This document shows, one piece after another, positions 46,248 to 56,441 of a stretch of 56,441 nucleotides of DNA. The stretch covers positions 1-56,441 of the forward strand of contig CAYZXN010000221.1 of assembly GCA_964482425.1 (NCBI GenBank). Reading direction: 5' to 3'. The notes beneath the pieces were generated by a model. The model did no database searches. It was not told where the DNA came from and saw only the letters and a list, made by a program, of their open reading frames with translations. The position numbers and the translations under genes were made by a program. Every line of letters begins with the position of its first letter. Position 1 is the stretch's first letter. This DNA is from an uncultured Syntrophobacteraceae bacterium (GTDB taxonomy: Bacteria; Desulfobacterota; Binatia; UBA9968).

Positions 46248-46934
46248 TCAAGGGTAAGGCGATTTGAATCGTCGCTGTTGGTTGTCCCAAGAGAAGGTAC
46301 GGATTGATTGATCAGCGAGCGAAATCTGAGCCCGGCTGCCACGCCGCAAGTACATTTTGACCCAATAATCATAGAAGTACTGGATGTCCTGCGTAGCTTC
46401 TTCAGGACGTCCTTCTGCGGTTTCAAAACGAATGGTAACCCATCGCCTGTGTAGAGAGATTCCGATCAGCAGACTGTTATTCCGACCATCCAGATAGGCG
46501 CCGACAGTTCGTAGTATATGCGACAAACTATAAGGATCGGGCATGTGATCCAAGCCAGAGCGCTTTGTCTGAGCCAGATGGTCAAACTTTACAATTTCTT
46601 CAAGGTTGTAGCGGAGGTTGAGAACCTCTGAGCTCGCCGACCCCAAATGGCCCCTAAGAAATGCTCCGAGCTGCGTCATCCATAGGCGCGGAACGTCAGC
46701 AATGGAAGGCCTTTTACTACTGGGTTGTACAATTCCCCGGACAATATAGGTATCTGCGACCCATACCAGATCAGCGCTTGAGATCTCCCGGCGCTCCAGT
46801 AGTTGACCCACCACCCGAAGGTCTCGGGCATAGGAGGGGAGAGGCCTATCATCCGGTCTTAGAATTTCATGGGCGTCTTGATGAGACTCCACAAAATCCG
46901 ACTTCAGTAAATTATTGGTGATCTTCATAGTCAA
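46248..46934 (-). CDS. hypothetical protein, no recognised family
   Basis: 228-aa ORF (TTG 46934, or ATG 46928) in a stretch that looks lower in GC than its neighbours. Composition is coding-like. Confidence 0.55.
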   Translation of the reverse strand: MTMKITNNLLKSDFVESHQDAHEILRPDDRPLPSYARDLRVVGQLLERREISSADLVWVADTYIVRGIVQPSSKRPSIADVPRLWMTQLGAFLRGHLGSASSEVLNLRYNLEEIVKFDHLAQTKRSGLDHMPDPYSLSHILRTVGAYLDGRNNSLLIGISLHRRWVTIRFETAEGRPEEATQDIQYFYDYWVKMYLRRGSRAQISLADQSIRTFSWDNQQRRFKSPYP

Positions 46935-47351
46935 ACCGCCAAAGCGTTGTCCGTCCCGCTGCTTGACCGCAGTCTCGACTTTCTTCGCTTTCGGCAGCTC
47001 GGCTGTCAGAGGTGGCGCTCGATTCGTGTAACGCCTCTGACCCTTGGCTTTCCGCCCTCCCCTTGCAGAGAGTTTGGCTTTTTCAGGCGAGTTGAATACT
47101 CCGACGGAGTCCTCCGCCGTAACCCTTGGTTGACTGCTGGAGCAATCGGGAGGCCACCGCCGGTGCTTTGGAAATACTTGATTTAACGACGTGCTTTGTT
47201 CGAGGTAAGCGGTATGGGCCTGACACTTGCCATAGGTTGTCTGACACTAGTGACAGAGAGGTCATTTAAATGGTAGGGCGTATGCGCGATTGCAGTTCGT
47301 GCTTAGAAACCAACCGGAACGGATCTGGATGGAACTGCACCGACAGTTCTG

Positions 47352-48836
47352 CTATAAAAGGTACGTTTTGCCCATCAGGTAGCGATCGCATTCTCTGGCA
47401 GCGCCGCGTCCCTCATTGATAGCCCAGACGACAAGACTCTGGCCGCGACGGCAGTCCCCTGCGGCAAATATCCCGGGTACATTGGTTGAAAATTGCCCGT
47501 ACTCGGCTTTTGCATTGGAACGCGCATCGCGTTCAACACCCAACTGGGTGAGAACCGTCTCCTCCGGGCCAAGAAATCCCATCGCGAGCAACACAAGGTC
47601 GGCTTCGAGCGCTCTGTCGGTTCCGGATACCCGCTTGGGAATAAATGCGCCCTGATCGTTCTTGAGCCACTCGACGTCATAGACATGCAATTCTTTCACG
47701 TGGCCTTTCTTATCGCCCACAAATTTTTCGCCGGTGGTCAAGTAAACACGCGGATCGGCGCCGAACCTTTCCTTGGCCTCTTCCTGCCCATAATCTAACT
47801 TGTAAACCTTCGGCCATTCAGGCCACGGGTTATCGGGCTGCCGCGTTTCCGGAGGCCGCGGCAGAATTTCGAGCTGAGTCAAACTTTTGCATCCGTGCCG
47901 CATTGATGTACCCACGCAATCGGTGCCCGTATCGCCGCCGCCAACAACTATGACATGCCTGTCTTTGGCGGAAATATAGTTGCCGTCCCTATGGTCGGAG
48001 TCGAGCAAGCTCTTGGTGTTGGCATGGAGGAAGTCCATGGCGAAGTGAATGCCTCGGAGCTCGCGACCTGGTATCGGCAGGTCGCGCGGCTTGGTGGCAC
48101 CGCAACAAAGCACAATAGCGTCAAAGTCATTTTTGAGCTGCGCCGCGGGAATATCGGCGCCGATCGCGGCCTTTGCGACGAATTTGACTCCCTCCGCAGC
48201 CATGAGATCGACTCGTCTTTGGACGACATGCTTGTCGAGTTTCATATTGGGAATGCCGTACATGAGTAACCCGCCAATGCGGTCCGCACGCTCATAGACC
48301 GTGACCCAATGGCCGGCATAATTTAATTGCGCGGCGCACGCGAGCCCCGACGGTCCTGATCCAATGACAGCAACTTTTTTGCCGGTTCGATTCTCCGGCG
48401 GCTCCGGTTTCAGCCAACCTCGGACGAAGCCGTTGTCGATGATCGCGCACTCAATGGCTTTTATGGTTATCGGCAGCTCGTTTATGCCGAGCACGCAGGA
48501 CCCCTCACAAGGCGCGGGGCATACTCTGCCGGTAAATTCAGGAAAGTTATTGGTTTTGTGAAGCCGGTGCAACGCCTCCCGCCAAAGCCCGCGGTAAACG
48601 AGATCGTTCCATTCGGGAATTAAATTATTGACCGGGCAGCCCGACGCCATGCCGCTAATCAACTGCCCGGTGTGGCAGAATGGAATACCGCAGTCCATGC
48701 AGCGAGCGCTTTGCTGCTGCAACTTGGCCTCGGCAAAGTGCTCGTGAAACTCGCGCCAATCCTTTACTCTCTCCAGTGGTGACCGATCGCGCGGCAGCTC
48801 ACGATCATATTCCATGAATCCGGTTGGTTTTCCCAT
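47352..48836 (-). CDS. gltD: glutamate synthase small subunit (NADPH)
   Basis: 494 aa. Has [13 protein letters not shown], Fe-S Cys clusters, and [14 protein letters not shown] and [13 protein letters not shown] dinucleotide folds. Confidence 0.95.
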   Translation of the reverse strand: MGKPTGFMEYDRELPRDRSPLERVKDWREFHEHFAEAKLQQQSARCMDCGIPFCHTGQLISGMASGCPVNNLIPEWNDLVYRGLWREALHRLHKTNNFPEFTGRVCPAPCEGSCVLGINELPITIKAIECAIIDNGFVRGWLKPEPPENRTGKKVAVIGSGPSGLACAAQLNYAGHWVTVYERADRIGGLLMYGIPNMKLDKHVVQRRVDLMAAEGVKFVAKAAIGADIPAAQLKNDFDAIVLCCGATKPRDLPIPGRELRGIHFAMDFLHANTKSLLDSDHRDGNYISAKDRHVIVVGGGDTGTDCVGTSMRHGCKSLTQLEILPRPPETRQPDNPWPEWPKVYKLDYGQEEAKERFGADPRVYLTTGEKFVGDKKGHVKELHVYDVEWLKNDQGAFIPKRVSGTDRALEADLVLLAMGFLGPEETVLTQLGVERDARSNAKAEYGQFSTNVPGIFAAGDCRRGQSLVVWAINEGRGAARECDRYLMGKTYLL

Positions 48837-48973
48837 CTTTTAGGCTCTCCCCACAAGCTGCAAGACGCTCGCCCATCTAAGCAGAATACTCGAGGCATTC
48901 TTATTCTGGCTCTCGATTTTTCGCGGCCACGCTGATGTCGACTCGGCGAAATCTCAGTTTTATTCGCAGGGTT

Positions 48974-51900
48974 TCAATTTCCGCTCACACGTGAAGCGTC
49001 GTTTTTGTTCGCTTCAAAGGCAGCCATCAGCGCTGCTTCACCGGCAAGCCCCATTGCCTCCGCCTTTTCAAGCTCTTCGAGAACGCGCCGGTAGTCCTTC
49101 GGCATCACCTTGACGAACTTCACGGCGGTCTCTTCCCACAAAGCCAAAAGCTGCCAAGCACGCGCGCTACGTGTGTAGACAGCGTGTCTCCTGAGCATTT
49201 CCTCAACTTCCTGCAAATCTCGATCGTTCAAACGCTCTAGGCCGACAGTTTCAGAGTTACAGCGGTTCTTGAAAACACCATCATCGTCCAGCACGTAGGC
49301 CACCCCGCCGGACATGCCGGCTGCGAAATTGCGTCCCGTGGCGCCGATAACGACAACTTTTCCACCGGTCATATACTCACAGCCGTGATCACCGACACCC
49401 TCGACCACGGCGCGGACACCGCTGTTGCGGACACCGAAACGTTCTCCGGCCATGCCACGGATGTACGCTTCGCCCCCAGTGGCGCCATAAAAAGCGACAT
49501 TCCCAACGATGATGTTTTCTTCAGGCGCAAAGGTCGAACCTTCGGGAGGATACAGAATGAGCTTTCCACCGGATAAGCCTTTGCCAAAGTAATCGTTGGC
49601 GTCACCCTCGAGTTCGAGTGTCATACCAGGCGGCAAAAACGCACCGAAGCTCTGTCCGGCGGAGCCTTCGAAGTGAAAGTGAACCGTGTCCTCGGGCAAT
49701 CCTTCCGGACCGAAACGGCGTGTAATCTCACTGCCCAGGATGGTTCCCACCACGCGGTTAGTATTGCGAATTCCCAACGTCGCCTTTATCTTCTCGCGGC
49801 GCTCCAGCGCCGGTACCGCCAGGTCAAGCAGCACTTGATTATCAAGCGCGTTCTCCAGTCCGTGATTCTGCGGAATCTCACAATAACGACCGACGTCCAA
49901 GCCCACCTTGGGCTGATACAGTATTGCCGCGTAATCCAAACCCTTTGCCTTCCAGTGTTCGACCGCCTGGCGAACCTCCAATCGATCCGCCCGGCCGACC
50001 ATTTCATTAATAGTGCGAAACCCCAACATGGCCATCAATTCGCGCATCTCCTGCGCGATAAAGCGCATGAAATTCACCACGTGGGCCGGATCTCCGGCAA
50101 ACTTTTTGCGCAGCTCAGGATTCTGCGTCGCCACTCCGACAGGACAGGTATCCAAATGGCAAACGCGCATCATAATGCAGCCTAACGTCACCAGCGCGGT
50201 GGTGGCAAAGCCGAATTCTTCGGCGCCGAGCATAGCAGCGATCACAACGTCGCGTCCTGTCTTCAATTGCCCGTCAGTCTCGACCGCAATACGGCTACGC
50301 AAGTTATTGAGCACCAATGTCTGATGGGTTTCAGCTAGCCCGAGCTCCCATGGCAAACCGGCATGTTTGATACTGGTTTGCGGTGAAGCGCCGGTGCCAC
50401 CGTCATGTCCACTGATCAAGACCACGTCGGCATGACCTTTCGCCACGCCTGCGGCGATCGTACCGACGCCGATTTCGGACACCAGCTTGACGCTGATCCG
50501 CGCATGATGATTAGCATTTTTGAGATCGTGAATTAATTGCGCCAAATCCTCAATCGAATATATGTCGTGATGCGGCGGCGGTGAGATCAGACCGACTCCG
50601 GGCGTCGAATGGCGCACCTTGGCAATCCAGGGGTACACCTTCCGTCCGGGCAATTCGCCACCCTCGCCCGGCTTGGCGCCCTGAGCCATCTTAATCTGGA
50701 TCTCACGGGCCTGGGTGAGATAATAACTGGTCACTCCAAATCGGCCGGAGGCGACTTGTTTGATAGCGCTATTGCGTGAATCCCCGTTGGCATCTGGAAT
50801 ATAACGCGCCGGGTCTTCTCCACCCTCGCCGGTGTTGCTCTTTCCGCCCAGACGGTTCATCGCAATCGCCAATGCCTCATGCGCTTCTTTACCGATGGAT
50901 CCATAAGACATCGCTCCGGTCTTAAATCGTTTAACGATCTCTTCGATCGGTTCCACTTCTTCGAGGGGAACCGGATGCTCCCCCCGCTTTAATTCCATCA
51001 GACCGCGCAGTGTTGCCAGGCGCTGCGATTGGTCATCGATCAATTGGGTGTACTCTTTGAACGCCTTATAGTCGTTGGTGCGGCACGCCTTCTGCAAAAG
51101 ATGGATGGTTCGCGGGTTGAAAAGATGCAATTCCCCGTCTGTGCGATATTGATATTGGCCGTAAACATCGAGGGTGTGGCCGTTCAGCGGATAGCTTGGA
51201 AATGCCTTGGCATGCTGCCGCTGCGCTTCGAGCGCAACCTCGTCGATGCCGATACCGCCGACCCGCGAAGGCGTCCAGGTGAAATATTGTTCCACCAGTT
51301 CTTGGCCCAAGCCGACCGCCTCGAAAATCTGCGCCCCGCAATACGACTTGATGGTAGAAATACCCATTTTGGCCATAACCTTGACGACGCCCTTCACCGC
51401 TGCTTTGACATATCCCTTGACCGCATCGTGGTAGGCGATGTCTTTCAACATTCCTTCATGAATCATGTCATTGAGGCATTCAAAGACCATGTAAGGATTA
51501 ACGGCTTGCACGCCGTAGCCAAGGAGCAGACAGAAGTGGTGCACCTCACGCGGTTCGCCAGATTCGAGCACCAGCCCGATGCGGGTGCGGGTGCCGGAGC
51601 GAATCAGATGATGGTGCAGTCCCGCGGAGGCAAGCAATGCCGGTATGGGTGCATGAAATTGATCCATCTCCCTATCGGAAAGGATCAGGATCGTCGCACC
51701 GCCCGCGATTGCCTGGTCGGCGCAGCGATAAAGCTCTGTAAGCGCTCCTTCAAGACCGGACCTGCCTTCGGTGGGCTTAAACAAGATCGGCAGCGTGACA
51801 GTCTTGATTCCCGGCCGATTGATATGGCGCAGTTTTTCCATCTCCGAATTTTTCAGAATCGGTGCCGATAACCTCAGCTGCCTGCAACTATCTGGCTTCG

Positions 51901-53572
51901 GATCGACCAAATTGCCTTCTGAACCCAATGTCAACGTAGTTGATGTGATGATCTCCTCTCGGATGGGATCGATAGGCGGATTGGTCACCTGGGCAAACAA
52001 TTGCTTGAAGTAGTTGTATAGAAGTTGCGGCTTGTCGGAGAGAACCGCCAGAGGCGTGTCCGTGCCCATGGATCCCACCGGCTGAATGCCGTTCTGCGCC
52101 ATGGGCCCGATATTGATTCGAAGATCTTCAAAGTTGTAACCGAACGCTTGCAACTTCTGCAGCGTGGCTCGATGGTTTGCCGTCGGTTGCTTCTCGCTGA
52201 CAGCCGGGAGATCGTCGAAATGAACGACGTTCTCGTTCAACCATCGCCCGTACGGTTGGCCTTTGGCAATCTGCTGTTTGATTTCTTCGTCGCTGATGAT
52301 GCGGCCTTCGCTCGTGTCGATGAGAAACATCCGCCCGGGCTGAAGGCGGCGCTTTTCGAGCACTCGTTCCGCCGGCACGTCGAGCACCCCAACTTCAGAC
52401 GCCATAATCACCAAATCGTCTTTGGTCACATAATATCTTGATGGACGCAGCCCGTTACGATCGAGCACCGCGCCGACCACTGTCCCGTCTGTAAACGCGA
52501 TTGACGCTGGCCCATCCCACGGCTCCATGAGGCTGCTGTGGTATTCGTAAAACGCGCGTTTGGTCTGATCCATGCTGTCGTGATTCTCCCATGGTTCGGG
52601 AATCATCATCATGACGGCATGAGGCAACGACCGTCCGCTCAACGCCAGGAATTCGAGCGTGTTGTCGAATTTAGCCGAATCGCTACCATCCTCCTGGATA
52701 ATTGGAAAAAGTTTTTGCAGGTCGTCGCCGAACAGCGGCGAAGCCAGCATTGCTTGGCGGGCGTACATCCAATTTTCATTGCCGCGCAGGGTATTAATTT
52801 CTCCATTGTGGATCAAATAACGATAGGGGTGGGCGCGGCCCCAACTCGGAAAAGTATTGGTGCTAAAGCGCGAATGCACCACAGCAATAGCCGATTCGAG
52901 CATCGGATCACCGAGATCGGGGTAGAATGTTGCCACCTGCCGCGGGGTTAACATGCCTTTGTAGATGATGGTGCGCTGCGAAAGGCTGGGAATATAAAAA
53001 AAATCGGCGCCCGCAAGCCCGGCATAGCGCACCGCATTCTCGGCGCGCCGACGAATGACGTAAAGCTTGCGCTCGAAAGCCATCTCGTCGGCTATTTCAT
53101 CCCCCCGTCCGATAAAAATTTGCCTGACGAACGGCTCATATGATTTGGCGGTTTCGCCCAGGTAAAGATTATCCGTGGGCACCTTGCGCCATCCCAATAT
53201 ACGCTGACCCTCGTCGGCGACGATGCCTTCGATGATGCTTGAAAACTGCTGCCGCTGTTCACGATTGTCGGGTAAGAAAACCATGCCGACACCGTATTCG
53301 CCCGGGTCCGGCAACCGAAAACCCAAGCCCTCGCAGCTATGCTTAAGAAACTCATGCGGCACCTGTAGCAGGATACCAGCTCCGTCGCCGGTATTTTCTT
53401 CACAGCCACAGGCGCCACGATGATCCAGATTCTGCAGCACTGTGAGCGCCTGCTCGACGATTTCATGGGACTTTTCGCCTTTAATGTGTACAACAAAACC
53501 CACGCCGCAAGCATCGTGCTCGAACCTGGGATCGTAAAGTCCCTGCTTAGGAGGTAATCCGGAAAGTGTCAT
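48974..53572 (-). CDS. gltB: glutamate synthase large subunit
   Basis: 1532 aa. Ntn amidotransferase start (HDACGVGFV), FMN/3Fe-4S central domain, and a C-terminal GXGXG beta-helix domain. It is uninterrupted. Confidence 0.97.
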   Translation of the reverse strand: MTLSGLPPKQGLYDPRFEHDACGVGFVVHIKGEKSHEIVEQALTVLQNLDHRGACGCEENTGDGAGILLQVPHEFLKHSCEGLGFRLPDPGEYGVGMVFLPDNREQRQQFSSIIEGIVADEGQRILGWRKVPTDNLYLGETAKSYEPFVRQIFIGRGDEIADEMAFERKLYVIRRRAENAVRYAGLAGADFFYIPSLSQRTIIYKGMLTPRQVATFYPDLGDPMLESAIAVVHSRFSTNTFPSWGRAHPYRYLIHNGEINTLRGNENWMYARQAMLASPLFGDDLQKLFPIIQEDGSDSAKFDNTLEFLALSGRSLPHAVMMMIPEPWENHDSMDQTKRAFYEYHSSLMEPWDGPASIAFTDGTVVGAVLDRNGLRPSRYYVTKDDLVIMASEVGVLDVPAERVLEKRRLQPGRMFLIDTSEGRIISDEEIKQQIAKGQPYGRWLNENVVHFDDLPAVSEKQPTANHRATLQKLQAFGYNFEDLRINIGPMAQNGIQPVGSMGTDTPLAVLSDKPQLLYNYFKQLFAQVTNPPIDPIREEIITSTTLTLGSEGNLVDPKPDSCRQLRLSAPILKNSEMEKLRHINRPGIKTVTLPILFKPTEGRSGLEGALTELYRCADQAIAGGATILILSDREMDQFHAPIPALLASAGLHHHLIRSGTRTRIGLVLESGEPREVHHFCLLLGYGVQAVNPYMVFECLNDMIHEGMLKDIAYHDAVKGYVKAAVKGVVKVMAKMGISTIKSYCGAQIFEAVGLGQELVEQYFTWTPSRVGGIGIDEVALEAQRQHAKAFPSYPLNGHTLDVYGQYQYRTDGELHLFNPRTIHLLQKACRTNDYKAFKEYTQLIDDQSQRLATLRGLMELKRGEHPVPLEEVEPIEEIVKRFKTGAMSYGSIGKEAHEALAIAMNRLGGKSNTGEGGEDPARYIPDANGDSRNSAIKQVASGRFGVTSYYLTQAREIQIKMAQGAKPGEGGELPGRKVYPWIAKVRHSTPGVGLISPPPHHDIYSIEDLAQLIHDLKNANHHARISVKLVSEIGVGTIAAGVAKGHADVVLISGHDGGTGASPQTSIKHAGLPWELGLAETHQTLVLNNLRSRIAVETDGQLKTGRDVVIAAMLGAEEFGFATTALVTLGCIMMRVCHLDTCPVGVATQNPELRKKFAGDPAHVVNFMRFIAQEMRELMAMLGFRTINEMVGRADRLEVRQAVEHWKAKGLDYAAILYQPKVGLDVGRYCEIPQNHGLENALDNQVLLDLAVPALERREKIKATLGIRNTNRVVGTILGSEITRRFGPEGLPEDTVHFHFEGSAGQSFGAFLPPGMTLELEGDANDYFGKGLSGGKLILYPPEGSTFAPEENIIVGNVAFYGATGGEAYIRGMAGERFGVRNSGVRAVVEGVGDHGCEYMTGGKVVVIGATGRNFAAGMSGGVAYVLDDDGVFKNRCNSETVGLERLNDRDLQEVEEMLRRHAVYTRSARAWQLLALWEETAVKFVKVMPKDYRRVLEELEKAEAMGLAGEAALMAAFEANKNDASRVSGN

Positions 53573-53683
53573 CGTGTCACCTTTGCTTTGCTAATGCTGG
53601 CAAAAACTAAATTCAATCGGGTAATTGTCGGACCTACAATCTCGATCGATTTTTTTGAACAAAAGGAACTTCTAAAGATAGCA

Positions 53684-54172
53684 TCACTTTCTTTTAGTAG
53701 GATTTTGGTTTTCGGCGAATCCCTGGTCTAGGTCAAATATCTGATTTTCTTTTGCCGTTGAGAGAACAACTTGGGTTACGGTCCGGGTAACCCCTTCGAT
53801 CGAGCGGATTTCGCCCAATAACCTCTCGAGTGAGCCAGTATTGGCGGACTTTACTTTCAGAATAAAGCTTTCATCGCCCGTCACATGATGGCACTCCAGA
53901 ACGTCGTGATACCGCAACATGTGCAACGCAAACTGGTCAATGTCCCGCTGATTTCCAATGGATACACCGATGAAAGCTGTGATGTCTTTGCCGACTTTTT
54001 TGCCATCGATTAAGGCTTGGTAGCCCTTGATGACGCCGCTGCCTTCAAGCTTCTTCACACGCTCCATGACTGCGGGCGCGGACAACGCGACTTCTTCAGC
54101 AATATCGGCGAGCCGGGCACGACCGTTATTCTGAAGAATATAAAGTATTTTTAAATCTGTTCGATCGATCAA
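53684..54172 (-). CDS. Lrp/AsnC-family transcriptional regulator
   Basis: 162 aa. Has DRTDLKILYILQNNGRARLADIAEEVALSAPAVMERVKKLE and a C-terminal RAM domain. It lies upstream of gltBD on the same strand. Confidence 0.9.
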   Translation of the reverse strand: MIDRTDLKILYILQNNGRARLADIAEEVALSAPAVMERVKKLEGSGVIKGYQALIDGKKVGKDITAFIGVSIGNQRDIDQFALHMLRYHDVLECHHVTGDESFILKVKSANTGSLERLLGEIRSIEGVTRTVTQVVLSTAKENQIFDLDQGFAENQNPTKRK

Positions 54173-54524
54173 CTTAAAAACCTAAGGTACAACCGTGAGA
54201 AAACTTAAAATTCTTATGTCAAAGCAGCAGCCACATGTCAAGTGGTGAACATCATTTCTTTAAGAGATCCGCAAACAGTGGCTCTCGACTCTCTGTCCGG
54301 TTCTATTTGCCAGCGATTCGAAGCTAGAAGAGAAAGGCAGGGCAGCTCACAATGCTCTGGAGAAGGTATCGGCTAACAGGACGGAAGAGAAAACCTTGTA
54401 CTTGTACAGGCAGGCGCTTAGTTAACAACCGCAAAATTCTTAACCCGTTTGCCGATACTCAGGAGTGACGAGATCTCGACAAAGTTGTCATCGCTGCCGC
54501 GGTTTCGGGCAAGGTGTTGCCGAA

Positions 54525-55217
54525 TTAAGTCGCAAGGACCTCAACAGCGGGACTAGAGGAATCAAACGCCTCATCAACCCAAGGGCACTGAATTGCCAAT
54601 GACGGGTGCTCTGCAATTATCGTTTTCAAGAGTTCCCGAGCACGATCGTCAACCGAATCCATCCTAATCGCTTCCACCAAAGCCCACACTGCTCCAATCA
54701 GATTTTTTTGCCCCTGAAGGCTGATGCCGAGATTCCTATAAGCACTTGCGCGACGGCCATCCATTTCAATAGCCATTCGACAATAGCTCTCGGCCTCCCG
54801 ATACCGGCCCAACTGATTCAGGCAGTAACTAACGTTGTTGTGCAAAACATAACCGACCTTCGCTCTTGCTGGGCTGAGACGAAGCGCGGCAGTAAAGTGA
54901 TTAAGAGCGGTCTCGATATGCTGCTGATCGGTCGCAATCTGCCCTAGTGCGAGATAACAATGAGCCTTTTGTTCAGGATCCTTCGTGGTTTCCAGGAAAA
55001 GCTGAAGCAGCGCTCGGGCTGACTCAATCCTTTCAATGCCGCGATAGAAGGCTACCACGAACAGGAGCCAACGAAAGTAATCCTCTTCCGTCTTACTATT
55101 CTGAAGCCGTTCGATGAGTAATCTTTCGGTTTCCTGCTTGGGAGCCGGAAAACCCGGAGGCAAAGGCCGTTTCAACGTTGCGCTCATGAACTGCAGCGAC
55201 AGCAACACCCGGACCAA
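54525..55217 (-). CDS. TPR-repeat protein
   Basis: 230 aa (ATG alternative at 55187). Repeated A..Y..LG/A...F..AL 34-residue-like units (CYLALGQIATDQQHIETALNHFTAALRL, AESYCRMAIEMD...AYRNLGISL). Confidence 0.7.
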   Translation of the reverse strand: MVRVLLSLQFMSATLKRPLPPGFPAPKQETERLLIERLQNSKTEEDYFRWLLFVVAFYRGIERIESARALLQLFLETTKDPEQKAHCYLALGQIATDQQHIETALNHFTAALRLSPARAKVGYVLHNNVSYCLNQLGRYREAESYCRMAIEMDGRRASAYRNLGISLQGQKNLIGAVWALVEAIRMDSVDDRARELLKTIIAEHPSLAIQCPWVDEAFDSSSPAVEVLAT

Positions 55218-55640
55218 GTCAAAACAGTATCAGAAATACCCAACGCGGGCGCAAACAAGCCTTTTGAGACTCCCAAGAAGAATCGGATTGCTCTGTTTGC
55301 CCATATCGGAGAAAAAAAAGGCGAACTAGCCCGTAACTTCGATGGCAAGAAGATCCGACGCGAAAAAGCATCACGCAGCTCTGAAACTTAAGCACCTTGC
55401 ACGGCGTAAGCGAGAATCAAAGCCGCTTGGGGATGACAACAGAACCTGCCTCAAAATAGGAGTCTGAAGGGAAGAATCGGTAGACGCGGCTTACCGCTTA
55501 AAGAACTGCTGGAAGGCCGAAATTGCAGGATCAGTAACAAGCGGCTCTCATCGAAGGGACATACCATTATAGAGAGATCTCCATTTCTGTTTTAAGGTTT
55601 ATGGTTCGCGGTGAGATTATGCAATCTCGGGAACCCATCT

Positions 55641-56322
55641 TCAAACCATCAACTTTCGTACCGTGCCGCCAAGAATATCCTCAAGCTCAGATGGCGACCA
55701 CGAGGTTGCTCTTAGCGCGGCGATGGTTTCTTTTTCGGTGTTCGGCACATGAGGCACATCGGTGCCGAACACCAGAGTGCCAACACCCCAACTTGCGCGC
55801 GCACATTCTAATGCTGGACTATGAGTGCACGCGGTATCGAAGTAGCAAAGTAACTGGGCGGATGGGGGCAGCTAGAGTAACGCTGACAGCCACGACGGCA
55901 AACCACCGCCTAGCTAGGTGTGAGCAGATGATTTTTACGTCAGGATAGTCGGCCAGCACGCCAGCGAGAGCGAGCTTCGTCGCCGCCATTGCAGTCTCGC
56001 CGGGATAGCCGGCGCTTTTAACATCGGCTGGGCTGGCGCTCGGGAGGTCTCGGCGGCGCGTGTCGACGGAAAGAATCGCCACTCCGATACCCGGATCGTC
56101 CATTGAGGCCAAGCCTGCGGCGAGATTATCTTGCCTCTTAGGCGGCGACATAACATGGCTGCCGCGATAGAGCAGAGAATGTCCCCGCGGGCCATCGACG
56201 AATGACCTCAGCCGTTCCCTTTTCTGTTGTGCAGAAAAGGATGGCTGAAAGTGGCGCATCTGTGTTATCTCCATGTCTAGCCAATCACGGCGCGCACAAG
56301 CCGGCGCATGACAGGTACCCAA
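55641..56322 (-). pseudogene. amidohydrolase-2 family pseudogene
   Basis: ...LAGVLADYPDVKIICSHL is followed by the sequence CCTAGCTAGG (55909-55918), which shifts the frame. The homologous continuation GGGLPSWLSALL*LPPSAQLLCYFDTAC...LVFGTDVPH...LEDILGGTVRKLMV lies in another frame and contains an in-frame TAG (55873-55875). Confidence 0.65.
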
Positions 56323-56441
56323 GGATGATCCTACGGTCGAAGAACACGAAGAATTTGACTAACGAGGTCCGTCAAATATTCTGGCGAGTGAATAACTTCC
56401 AACCCTCGATGAAGTACAACGTTGACCGTAAAAACGTGAAC

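Noticed and set aside
47083-47265. 60-aa minus-strand ORF upstream of the orphan gene
   Set aside because: It has an unnatural composition and lies in a different frame from the conserved-looking open frame. It is more likely leader sequence.
55122-55391. 90-codon open frame with a protein-like Lys-rich tail (KKNRIALFAHIGEKKGELARNFDGKKIRREK)
   Set aside because: It has no ATG, GTG or TTG start, overlaps the TPR gene 5-prime end on the opposite strand, and matches no family I recognise.
1-56441. Search for tRNA, rRNA, CRISPR arrays, IS elements, integrases and defence-system genes
   Set aside because: I found none by eye: no T-loop GGTTCGA-type motifs in a plausible context, no regularly spaced 25-40 nt repeats, and no transposase, integrase or nuclease families among the ORFs.

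Overview
Moderately GC-rich bacterial chromosomal segment. I found no rRNA, tRNA, CRISPR array, transposase or phage gene by eye. It is dominated by catabolic and redox enzymes: three amidohydrolase-2 genes (one decayed), UbiD, two VOC proteins, a ThDP enzyme, Zn-ADH, ALDH, crotonase, LLM oxidoreductase, dienelactone hydrolase, 4-OT and two GSTs. It also holds three NMT1/THI5-type binding proteins, three PAS/GAF histidine kinases, a Crp/Fnr and an Lrp regulator, and gltBD. This gene mix suggests an uncultivated soil or sediment lineage, but I cannot assign taxonomy from this window. I see no clear multi-gene novel system. The best lead is a GST-like gene (1968..2528, minus). It has an in-frame TGA exactly at the catalytic Cys/Ser position, a strong RBS at the upstream ATG, and a hairpin placed like a bacterial SECIS, so it is a candidate selenoprotein; a nonsense pseudogene is the alternative. 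Other leads: a CbtB-like gene coupled to a partner that does not look like CbtA; an exported protein whose mature N-terminus starts His-His, paired with a 4-TM protein; an ABC importer whose permease and ATPase genes are decayed while its binding-protein gene is intact; a ~220-nt rod-like inverted-repeat element; two arrays of four TTGAAC hexamers at 9- and 8-nt periods; and an unlisted DUF1328 small ORF with an intrinsic terminator. All family calls rest on motif recognition by eye. No database search was run.
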